DNA of 46,020 bases from Actinomycetota bacterium (GTDB lineage Bacteria; Actinomycetota; Acidimicrobiia; IMCC26256; JACDBD01): assembly GCA_046724435.1 (NCBI GenBank), contig JBKOWN010000010.1, positions 1 to 46,020 of the forward strand, written 5' to 3'. Numbering within the stretch: the stretch's first letter is position 1; each line of letters starts with the position of its first letter. Below the pieces are notes generated by a model that was not told the origin of the DNA, searched no databases, and worked only from the letters and a program-made list of their open reading frames with translations. The position numbers were made by a program, and so were the translations under genes. Positions 38,343-46,020 of this stretch are shown one piece after another.

Positions 38343-39854
38343 TTAGGCGCGGGCCGAGCGGGTCCGAGCCTTGCTCGGGCGTGCCTTCCGTGCCGGCGCC
38401 TTCCTCGACCCGGGCTTCTTCGTCGCGCTCTTGTTCGGAGCTCGCGACTTGTTCGCCGTCGTGCTCTTCTTCGTCGTGCGCTTCGCGCCGGCGGACCGCT
38501 TCTTCGTGGTGGTCGGGCGCGCGGGTCGCTTGGTCGGCTTCTTCGCCGCGTTCGCGCGTGCAGGGCGCTTGGTTGTCGTCTTCTTCACGGTGTTCGTGCG
38601 TCGGGCACTGTTCGCCCGCGCCGAGCTCTTCTTCTTCGCCGTGGTCTTGCGAGGAGTCGCCTTCGCGCGCGCGGTTCGCTTCTTCGCCGTGGTCTTGCGC
38701 GGACCGGTCTTCCTAGCTGTTGTCCGCCGCGGCCTCGTACCGGTCGATCGCTTCTTGCCACCCGCCTTGCCGCTTGTGGCTCGCTTCTTCGCGGGCGCCT
38801 TGCGGGAACCCGCCTTTCTCGCAGGCGTCGTCCGGGTCGTCGACCGTCGCACGTAGATCGCCCACGGTGGCTCCTCGGCCACCGGCGGGGGCGTGCCCGC
38901 GTACTCCGGCTGCAGCTCGTCGGCGCCGAAGTCCCGCCGGCCGCCACGCCAGGCGGCCAGGATCACCGCGCCGAACCCGTAGGCGGACACGAAGAACCCG
39001 ATGACGAACCCGAGGCCGGGCACGAGCGCGCCGAAGCGCAGGATCCCAAATCCGGCGAAGAAGGCGCCGACCCGTCCTTTCGTCCCGCTCCCGTGAACCA
39101 TGAGGCGCCCGAAGATGAGCGCGCTGGCGACATAGCCGAGCGGGATCAGCACCGCGAGCGTCCCGAGGATCGCCACGCCGAGCGGGATGCCGACGACGCT
39201 TGCGATGACGACCACGCCGAGGATCGGACCGAGGACCCCGAGGAAGAGCCCGAGGAAGAAGGACGCCCAGACGCGTCGCCCGGCGACGACGACGGCGTCG
39301 GAGGCACGCGGGAACAACCAGACGAACAACAATCCCAGCACCGCCGTCGACACGGTGACCGTCACCCACAGCACCGCCAGGATGACCACGATGAACCCGG
39401 CGAAGAGGCTGTTGATGTCGAGCTTCTCGACGTGGCCCCGAACCGCGCCGCGTGCTGCGGTCGGAGCCGTGCGCGAGGCCACGTCGCCGCGGATGTCCGC
39501 GCCCCGGCGCACGGTCGCCTTACCGTTGAGCACCGTCACGCTGCCATCGACACGCCCGCTGATGAACGCGTCGCCGTCCAGCACGAGCGCGTCGCCCGTC
39601 ACGCGCCCGGCGACCAGGAGATCGCCCCGGCCCACGTAAACGGCGCCGTTCACGCGGCCGTCGATGCGGGCGGACCCGTTTGCCGACACCGCCGGACCGC
39701 GCACGGACTCGCCGGCCGCCACGACGAGCCCTCCGGTCACGTTGATGCGCCGGCCGTCCTCCTGGTTGCCTCCGTCCTGGGCGCCGGCGGGATGTGCGCT
39801 CGCCAGCACGAACACGAAGGCAACGGCTGTCGCCGCGAGCACTCGACAGCGCAT
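38343..39854 (-). CDS. Bactofilin-like beta-helix membrane protein with a histone H1-like basic C-terminal tail
   Basis: Same architecture as 19298-20245, plus about 165 aa of K/R/A/T-rich repeats (RKTTAKK, KKPTKRP); TACGAT 6 nt before ATG. Confidence 0.75.
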   Translation of the reverse strand: MRCRVLAATAVAFVFVLASAHPAGAQDGGNQEDGRRINVTGGLVVAAGESVRGPAVSANGSARIDGRVNGAVYVGRGDLLVAGRVTGDALVLDGDAFISGRVDGSVTVLNGKATVRRGADIRGDVASRTAPTAARGAVRGHVEKLDINSLFAGFIVVILAVLWVTVTVSTAVLGLLFVWLFPRASDAVVVAGRRVWASFFLGLFLGVLGPILGVVVIASVVGIPLGVAILGTLAVLIPLGYVASALIFGRLMVHGSGTKGRVGAFFAGFGILRFGALVPGLGFVIGFFVSAYGFGAVILAAWRGGRRDFGADELQPEYAGTPPPVAEEPPWAIYVRRSTTRTTPARKAGSRKAPAKKRATSGKAGGKKRSTGTRPRRTTARKTGPRKTTAKKRTARAKATPRKTTAKKKSSARANSARRTNTVKKTTTKRPARANAAKKPTKRPARPTTTKKRSAGAKRTTKKSTTANKSRAPNKSATKKPGSRKAPARKARPSKARTRSARA

Positions 39855-39920
39855 GCAGCGATCGTAACCGTGGAGAATGCGGTCCTTGGGGATGCGCGCC
39901 GGGCGCGCGCGAGACCCGCG

Positions 39921-40337
39921 CTACTCGGAGTGCGTCGTCGCCGAAGCGCGCTCGCCGTCGTCGGAGCCTTCCATCGCAGCGCCGAACGCGTCGGGTGCCG
40001 GCCCGTCTTCGGCCGTCCCCTCACGCCGGTTGCGCGCCCGCCACGCCGCGTAGACGGCGGCGACGACCGCGGTGGCGAGGACCAGGCGCACGATCAACGC
40101 CGCCCGACCGGCCGTCCGGCGGCGCCGTCGGCGGTCCACCGGCGTGTCGACCGGCAGCCGCTTGGCCGCCTCCGTGACCCGATGCTCGAGCTTCCGCGCC
40201 CGCCGCTTCGCCCTCCGGCCGATCCGCTTCCGCCCTTCGGCAACGACCTCTTGGGTCGTCGCGGCGAGCTTCTTGCCGGCCTGCTCGGCCAGCTCGTGCG
40301 CGTCCCCCACATCCAAACTCACGTCCAACTTGGCCAC
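39921..40337 (-). CDS. Hypothetical membrane-anchored protein
   Basis: GAGGAG RBS; helical region, Arg run, then a single TM. Confidence 0.6.
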   Translation of the reverse strand: MAKLDVSLDVGDAHELAEQAGKKLAATTQEVVAEGRKRIGRRAKRRARKLEHRVTEAAKRLPVDTPVDRRRRRRTAGRAALIVRLVLATAVVAAVYAAWRARNRREGTAEDGPAPDAFGAAMEGSDDGERASATTHSE

Positions 40338-40470
40338 GGCGATCAGCTCCTCTCGAACGGAGACTCCGTGGACATACCCGGAAACCTGCGAATTGATGCA
40401 CGTCTGGCGATCCGGCGGGCCGGCCGCCATCCCGACCCCGCACGACCGCCACCGCTAACGTTCGAGGCGC

Positions 40471-41145
40471 GTGGTCCGTCAACGCCCGCACGTCGCGCTG
40501 CTGTGGTCCACCTCAGCTCGCCGGCGGGCGATGCTCGTCGGCATCGTGGGCGTCCTGACCGGGATCGTGACGGCCTTCTTCATGCCGTGGCAGGTGTCCA
40601 CGCTGCTCGGATGGGACGTCGCGGCGGCGTTGTACGTCGCGTGGGTGTGGACGGGCGCTGGTCACTTCGACCCCGACGAGACGCAGAGATTCGCCACCCG
40701 AGAGGACGACAGCCGCGTCTCGGCTCAGTTGCTGCTCGTCGGCGCGTGCCTGGTGAGCCTGGTGGGCGTGGGCTTCGATCTGCTGAAAGCCGGCCAATCC
40801 CGGACCGCGAGTGGCCACGTCGTGCTCGTCTCGGTCGCCGTGGCGACGGTGGTCCTGTGGTGGGCGGCCGTGCACAGGGTGTACGCGTTGCGGTACGCGC
40901 ACGAGTACTACGCGTACATGCCGGTCGGTGGCATCGACTTCAAGTCCGGGCCGGGTTATCGGCCGGACTACCGCGACTTCGCGTACGTCGCATTCGTCAT
41001 CGGCATGACGTTCCAGGTGTCGGACACGGACATCAACCATCGGGGGATCCGGCGCTCCGTCCTGGGCCATGCCTTGTTGGCGTACCTCTTCGGCGCGGTG
41101 ATCCTGGCGGTGACTATCAACATCGTCGCCCAGATCTTCCAATAG
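40471..41145 (+). CDS. DUF1345 family membrane protein
   Basis: YALRYAHEYY, PDYRDFAY.AF.IGMTFQVSDT and IRR.VL.HALL. Confidence 0.9.
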   Translation: MVRQRPHVALLWSTSARRRAMLVGIVGVLTGIVTAFFMPWQVSTLLGWDVAAALYVAWVWTGAGHFDPDETQRFATREDDSRVSAQLLLVGACLVSLVGVGFDLLKAGQSRTASGHVVLVSVAVATVVLWWAAVHRVYALRYAHEYYAYMPVGGIDFKSGPGYRPDYRDFAYVAFVIGMTFQVSDTDINHRGIRRSVLGHALLAYLFGAVILAVTINIVAQIFQ

Positions 41146-41160
41146 GGTCCACGAGATGCG

Positions 41161-41904
41161 TTGCCCAACGACAGTGACGGGCACCGTCCAGCCGCGCGTC
41201 GCGACGGCGTAACCTCCGCGCTCGCCGTGTCCGAACATGTGGATCAGCACGTACCCGAGGAGCTGATCGAATCGGGGAGCGCAGAAACTCGCAGCGGGCG
41301 CGCCCTCGAGGTTTTCGCGATCGTCCTGTTGTCGGCGGCGGCGATCGGCACAGCGTGGAGCGGGTATCAGGCCGCCCGGTGGAGCGGCCGGGAGGCACAC
41401 AACTTCGCCCTGGCCGACGCGGCGCACGCGAGGTCGACGCGAGCGGCGACCCTGGCGAGCGAAGGTCGTGTCCAGGATGTCGCCGACTTCGAGCGTTGGC
41501 TGGATCTGGAGACGGTGGGCGACTCCACGCGCGCCGACTTCCATGCCGCGCACTTCGACGACGAGCTCCGCACCGCGTTCGTCCCGTGGCTGGCACAAGA
41601 TCCGCTCAACAACCCGAACGCGATCGCCACGCCGCTGAAGATGCCCCAGTACCACCAGGCCGCGGCCGAGCGTTCTGCCCACCTCGAGGCGGTGGCGGAG
41701 CATCTCCTCGAGGACGGGGTCACAGCGCGCGACCGGGCCGACGAATATGTCCTCACGACGGTGTTCTTCGCTTCGGTGCTGTTCTTCGCCGGGATCTCGT
41801 TACGCATCGCCCGGCAGTGGCTACGGATCGGCGTCCTCGCGCTCGGCGTCGCGTTCTTCGTCTACGGGGTCGTGCACCTCATCCTGCTCCCGACCCTCTT
41901 TTGA
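41161..41904 (+). CDS. Hypothetical membrane protein
   Basis: TAWSGYQAARWSG, P..MPQY and D.YVL.TV.FASVLFFAGI; 3 TMs; start uncertain. Confidence 0.65.
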   Translation: MPNDSDGHRPAARRDGVTSALAVSEHVDQHVPEELIESGSAETRSGRALEVFAIVLLSAAAIGTAWSGYQAARWSGREAHNFALADAAHARSTRAATLASEGRVQDVADFERWLDLETVGDSTRADFHAAHFDDELRTAFVPWLAQDPLNNPNAIATPLKMPQYHQAAAERSAHLEAVAEHLLEDGVTARDRADEYVLTTVFFASVLFFAGISLRIARQWLRIGVLALGVAFFVYGVVHLILLPTLF

Positions 41905-41980
41905 GACGGGCACGCGACGACGCCAGGCGTCCCTATGAGTATTGTCAACCCCGAGCTTCCGGCTGGGGGGAGAGAGCGCC

Positions 41981-44452
41981 GTGGAGCGGTTCTGGAGACT
42001 CATCGCCGTCGAGCTGGGCAAGCACGCGGGGCTCGTGTCGGTCATCGGGTTGCTCGTCACGCTGATCCTCGGCTTCGGCATCACGCGCCTCCAGTTCTCG
42101 ACCGGCCAGGACAGCTACCTCAACAAGAGCGACACCGTCTACAAGGACAACGTCGCCTACCAGCGGCTCTTCGGCGGCCAGGCGATGCTGACGCTCGTCA
42201 CGATGGACAAGGGCCACACGGTCAACGAGCTGTTCACGGCCGAGAACCAGGCCAAGTGGCGCGCCGTCGAGGACGAGTTGGGCAAGAGCAAAGGGATCGT
42301 CGGCGTCATCAGCCCCCGCACGATCATGGAGTTCAGCGACGGCCTTGTTCAGAGCCCGTCCGGCGATCCGACCCAGAGCATCGCGGGTCAGGCGCTGCTC
42401 AGTGCCACGGCTCGGGACCCCTCGCCCGAGGGCCAGGCGGCGCGCAGCGCGGACGCGGCGACGACGCTGCAGCGGCTGAACGCGGTCCCGCAGGCCGAGC
42501 GCACGCTCAACAACCCGGCGTGGGTCGACTTCCTCCTCCATAACAACCAGGGCCAGGTTCGCAAGGGGCTGCGCACGTTCATCATCGACGACACGCACGC
42601 ACAGATGGTGACGCGCCTCGTCGGCAACGCGTCCATCACTACGGAGGGTGCCGCTTCGGACAAGGTCGTCGCGGCGGGCAATCACCTGAAGTTCGCCAAC
42701 GCGTCCGACATCACCACCGGAGCGCCGGTGCTGCTCAAGGACATCAACGACTACCTCACCGGCGGCATGCTGACGCTCGGCGCGATAGCCGTCGCCATCA
42801 TGATCGTGATCCTCCTCGTGCTGTTCGACGTGCGCTGGCGACTGCTGCCCCTGGCCGTGATTCTCATCGGCATCGTGTGGGCCTTCGGGCTCGCCGGCTA
42901 CATCGGCATACCGCTGACGATCGTGACGATCGCCGGTCTCCCGGTGATGCTCGGGATCGGGATCGACTATGCGATCCAGATGCACGCGCGCGTCGAGGAG
43001 GAGGTGGTGATCGACCGCGAGGCGCATCCGATCCAGGAAACCGCGCGCAATCTGTGCCCGGCGCTGCTCGTGGTCACCTTCGACGCCATCTTCGCCTTCG
43101 CGGCCCTCCGCTTCGCCAAGGTGCCGATGCTCCGGCAGTTCGGGCTCCTCTTGGCGGTGGGCATCGCCGTGATCTGCCTGTGCAGCATCATCGTCCCCCT
43201 CGCGGCCCTCGGCATTCGCGAGTACAAGTCGCCCACCAAACGCCGCGACTTCCGCACCGGCCCGCTCGGCAGGTTGGTCGTGTGGCTCGGCGGGTTGCCC
43301 GGCAGCGTCGCGGTCTACCTCACCGTCGCGAGCGTGATCATCTTCGCCGGAGGGATCCTCGTCGAAGGGAAGCTGGAGCTCCAGACCGACCCGGTCAAGT
43401 GGGTCAACCAGCATTCGCAGGTGATCCACGACCTCCACACCCTCGACCGCGAGACGGGGTCGTCGAGCGAGCTCGGGATGTTCGTGCAATCCAAGGACGT
43501 ATTCGACGACAAGACCGTCACCTTCATGGACGGCTTCACCACCAAGCAGCTCGCCGAGCATCCGGACACGCTGCTCACGGCGGCCGGCATCGTCACGACC
43601 GTGAGCGACATCACGAACGACGTGCCCGGCGCGACGCACGTCGCGCCGACGGGCTCAGAGGTGCGCGCGGCCAGCGGCGTCGCGCCGCCGGGCGTCACGA
43701 AGTCGACTGTCAGCAGCAACGGGGATGCGCTGAACCTCATCTTCCGCACCGGCCCCAGTGAGCTGCAGCGACGGGCCGCGGTCGTGCGCGAGATCCGGTC
43801 CACGGTGCGCCCGCCGGCGGGCGTGAGCGCCACGCCGTCCGGCCTCGCCGTCGTCGGGGTCGGGCTGCTCGACAACCTCGAGGCCAACCGCGTCCTGCTC
43901 ACGTACCTCGCCATCCTGTTCGTGTTCCTCTTCCTGTCGGTGCGGCTCCGCAGCGTGATCCGGTCGCTGCTCTCGCTCGTCCCGGTGCTGATCGCGGTGG
44001 GCACCGCGTCGCTGGTCGCCTACGCGTTCAGCCTCAAGCTGAGCCCCATCACCGCGGTGGGCGGCCCGCTGGTGGTGGCGGCGTGCACCGAGTTCACGTC
44101 GCTGATCCTGCTGCGGTTCGTCGAAGAGCGGCGCCGGGGCTTGACCCCGGAGGAATCGGTGGAGGTGGCGGCGTCCCGCACCGGCCGTGCGTTCATCGTG
44201 TCGGCGCTGACCGCCATCGCGGGGGTGGCCGTCATCGCCACCTCGTCGCTGCCGCTCCTGCGTGACTTCGGGATCATCGTGGCCATGAACGTGACCGTGG
44301 CCCTGCTCAGCGCGCTCGTCGTGCTGCCGCCGATGCTCGTATGGGCCGACCGGCGCAACTGGGTATCGCGCGGCCTGGTCAAACGGGAGATCCTCGAGGG
44401 CACCGCGGCTCGCGAGCGCGTCCAGCCGGCACCCGCACCGGCCCCGTCGTAG
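41981..44452 (+). CDS. MMPL/RND family transporter
   Basis: Two-fold repeat of TM bundles with extracellular domains; GIGIDYAIQ, LRQFG and LRDFG. Confidence 0.88.
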   Translation: MERFWRLIAVELGKHAGLVSVIGLLVTLILGFGITRLQFSTGQDSYLNKSDTVYKDNVAYQRLFGGQAMLTLVTMDKGHTVNELFTAENQAKWRAVEDELGKSKGIVGVISPRTIMEFSDGLVQSPSGDPTQSIAGQALLSATARDPSPEGQAARSADAATTLQRLNAVPQAERTLNNPAWVDFLLHNNQGQVRKGLRTFIIDDTHAQMVTRLVGNASITTEGAASDKVVAAGNHLKFANASDITTGAPVLLKDINDYLTGGMLTLGAIAVAIMIVILLVLFDVRWRLLPLAVILIGIVWAFGLAGYIGIPLTIVTIAGLPVMLGIGIDYAIQMHARVEEEVVIDREAHPIQETARNLCPALLVVTFDAIFAFAALRFAKVPMLRQFGLLLAVGIAVICLCSIIVPLAALGIREYKSPTKRRDFRTGPLGRLVVWLGGLPGSVAVYLTVASVIIFAGGILVEGKLELQTDPVKWVNQHSQVIHDLHTLDRETGSSSELGMFVQSKDVFDDKTVTFMDGFTTKQLAEHPDTLLTAAGIVTTVSDITNDVPGATHVAPTGSEVRAASGVAPPGVTKSTVSSNGDALNLIFRTGPSELQRRAAVVREIRSTVRPPAGVSATPSGLAVVGVGLLDNLEANRVLLTYLAILFVFLFLSVRLRSVIRSLLSLVPVLIAVGTASLVAYAFSLKLSPITAVGGPLVVAACTEFTSLILLRFVEERRRGLTPEESVEVAASRTGRAFIVSALTAIAGVAVIATSSLPLLRDFGIIVAMNVTVALLSALVVLPPMLVWADRRNWVSRGLVKREILEGTAARERVQPAPAPAPS

Positions 44453-44481
44453 CAGCGGCCGCGCAATAGAGACGGATCGCC

Positions 44482-45189
44482 TCAGGGCAGCGTCAAATTC
44501 AACGTCGTGCCCTGCCCGGCTTGGTTGACAGCCGTCTCGTGCGCGTCGCGGCCGTCGACCCGGAAGGTGATGGTGGCGCCGATCGCGCACCCGGGGATCG
44601 AGTCGGGCCCCACCACGTCGATGCTGAATCCGATGAAGTTGTCGATGAGCCGGGTCGTGGCGACCGCGCACCGGGTCTCGCCGATGAGAGCCTCCACGTG
44701 GGCACCCGGCGGCAGCCGGCGGTTGCGCCCGTCGAAGATCTCGCCGGCGAAGCCGACGATCGGCCCGACGCCCCCGTTCGGCGCGCTCGTCGAGAACCCG
44801 GGGTCGAATCTCGCCGTCTTGCCGTTCCCGGGCCAACGCACCGACTGATTGCTGTAGACGATCTGGTGCTGCACGAACGTCCAGACGAAGATCTGGCTCC
44901 CCGGCGCACCGCATCCGCTCGCTTCGGAACGGGCGAAGACGGTGACGTCGAACCGCCCGTTGCGCACACGCGGGAGCTTGCGCTGACAGGGAGTGACGAG
45001 GCCCTGCCGCTTGACGACGGTACCGAGGTACGGCGCGTCGAACAGCGCACCGTCCAGAGTCGCGTGGCCGCGGACGACAACGCGGTCCTCCGCGCCCGTT
45101 CGGACCGCGTCGGCGTCGCCACTGAAGGCGCCAGCGATCGCCGCCGCGACCGTCAGAACGGCAACCAGCAGCTTCTTCACCCACCCCAT
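44482..45189 (-). CDS. Secreted hypothetical protein with two internal repeats
   Basis: Signal peptide; SGCGAPGSQI.. and PGCAIGATITF.. repeats, each with a Cys pair. Confidence 0.6.
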   Translation of the reverse strand: MGWVKKLLVAVLTVAAAIAGAFSGDADAVRTGAEDRVVVRGHATLDGALFDAPYLGTVVKRQGLVTPCQRKLPRVRNGRFDVTVFARSEASGCGAPGSQIFVWTFVQHQIVYSNQSVRWPGNGKTARFDPGFSTSAPNGGVGPIVGFAGEIFDGRNRRLPPGAHVEALIGETRCAVATTRLIDNFIGFSIDVVGPDSIPGCAIGATITFRVDGRDAHETAVNQAGQGTTLNLTLP

Positions 45190-45343
45190 CGCAATTCAGA
45201 CCCCCCATGCCCCGGCCACGATGTCACGACGATGTAGTGACCGTTCGACGGCGCACAGGTCTTCTACACCGTCTCGCCGAGTTCGGTTCCGCCGATCGAT
45301 CGCGGCAGGTCCCGCGCACTCGCAACTCGATACGATCCCGGCG

Positions 45344-46020
45344 ATGCGCCGAGCCGGTTTGACGGGCGTGGTCGTCGCGCTTGTCGCGTCGTGCTCGTCG
45401 TCGGCACACATCGCACGCCCGGCGCAAGGGGCCGTCACCGCGATCGCCGCGCAGCAGAACCTCAGCGTCGCGCGCGTCGACCCTGTCGCCGCACAGAAGA
45501 TCGACGGCTTCGGAGCCTCGGGGGCGTGGTGGCCGAACGATCTCGTCAAGTTCCCGCCCCGGGCGCGGCGACGCGTCGACGACATGCTCTTCTCCCGGCG
45601 GGGCATCGCCCTGTCGGGCTACCGCTTCAACATCGGCGGCGGCGGCGTCGGTGTGAACACGCCGGCGCGAGCACCCAAAGAGGAGAGCGCCGACACCGCC
45701 GGCCGGGCGTTCTTGCGCGCGGCCGACCAGATGGGGGTGCCGGTCCTCACCGGTTTCGTCAACAGCGCGCCGCCGCAGTTCACGACGAACGGCAAGTCCT
45801 GCGGCGGCACCCTCAAGCCGGGCAGCGAAGCCGCGTACGCGAAGTATCTCGCCACGATCGTCGAACGCATCCACGACCGCGACCACATCACGCTCCGGTA
45901 CATCAGCCCGATGAACGAGCCCGACAACAGCTTCGGCGACTGCGGCCAAGAGGGCATGCAGGTCCCCATCGAGCAGCGGGCGGCGGTGGTGCAAGCCCTC
46001 GGGCGCGAGCTCGCGCGGCG
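45344..46020 (+). CDS. Glycoside hydrolase family 30 (runs off the window end)
   Basis: Translated by hand because it is absent from the ORF track: IDGFGASGAWW, YRFNIGGG, FVNSAP and ISPMNEPD (acid/base Glu); TACGAT 7 nt before ATG. Confidence 0.85.
   Translation, partial: MRRAGLTGVVVALVASCSSSAHIARPAQGAVTAIAAQQNLSVARVDPVAAQKIDGFGASGAWWPNDLVKFPPRARRRVDDMLFSRRGIALSGYRFNIGGGGVGVNTPARAPKEESADTAGRAFLRAADQMGVPVLTGFVNSAPPQFTTNGKSCGGTLKPGSEAAYAKYLATIVERIHDRDHITLRYISPMNEPDNSFGDCGQEGMQVPIEQRAAVVQALGRELAR

Noticed and set aside
9497-39854. Segmental duplication explaining the three paralog pairs (tatA, Rpf-like, bactofilin-like)
   Set aside because: Order, spacing and flanking genes differ, and the copies are diverged.
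1-46020. Prophage, IS element or genomic island
   Set aside because: No integrase, transposase, phage gene, tRNA or obvious compositional shift was seen by eye.

Overview
High-GC bacterial chromosomal DNA, probably Actinomycetota and possibly Acidimicrobiia (inferred from gene content and from repeated TANNNT boxes 6-7 nt before start codons, which suggest leaderless genes). About 50 densely packed CDSs. I saw no rRNA, tRNA, CRISPR array, integrase or transposase. Content includes envelope and secretion genes (htpX, GT87-like glycosyltransferase, two tatA-family genes, two Rpf-like transglycosylases, several beta-propellers, an MMPL/RND exporter, GH30), an orphan mreB, two bactofilin-like membrane proteins (one with a histone H1-like tail), cspA, tyrA, an hpnA-hpnO-hyp-P450 operon and two gene remnants. 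The best candidate for an undescribed system is at about 14.7-19.2 kb: a tightly packed queD-queC-GT9 glycosyltransferase-unknown beta-rich gene run, lacking queE, queF, folE and tgt, converges on a coupled pair encoding a CxxC-less thioredoxin-reductase-like flavoprotein and a DUF4254-like protein. All family assignments come from motif recognition by eye; no database search was run.
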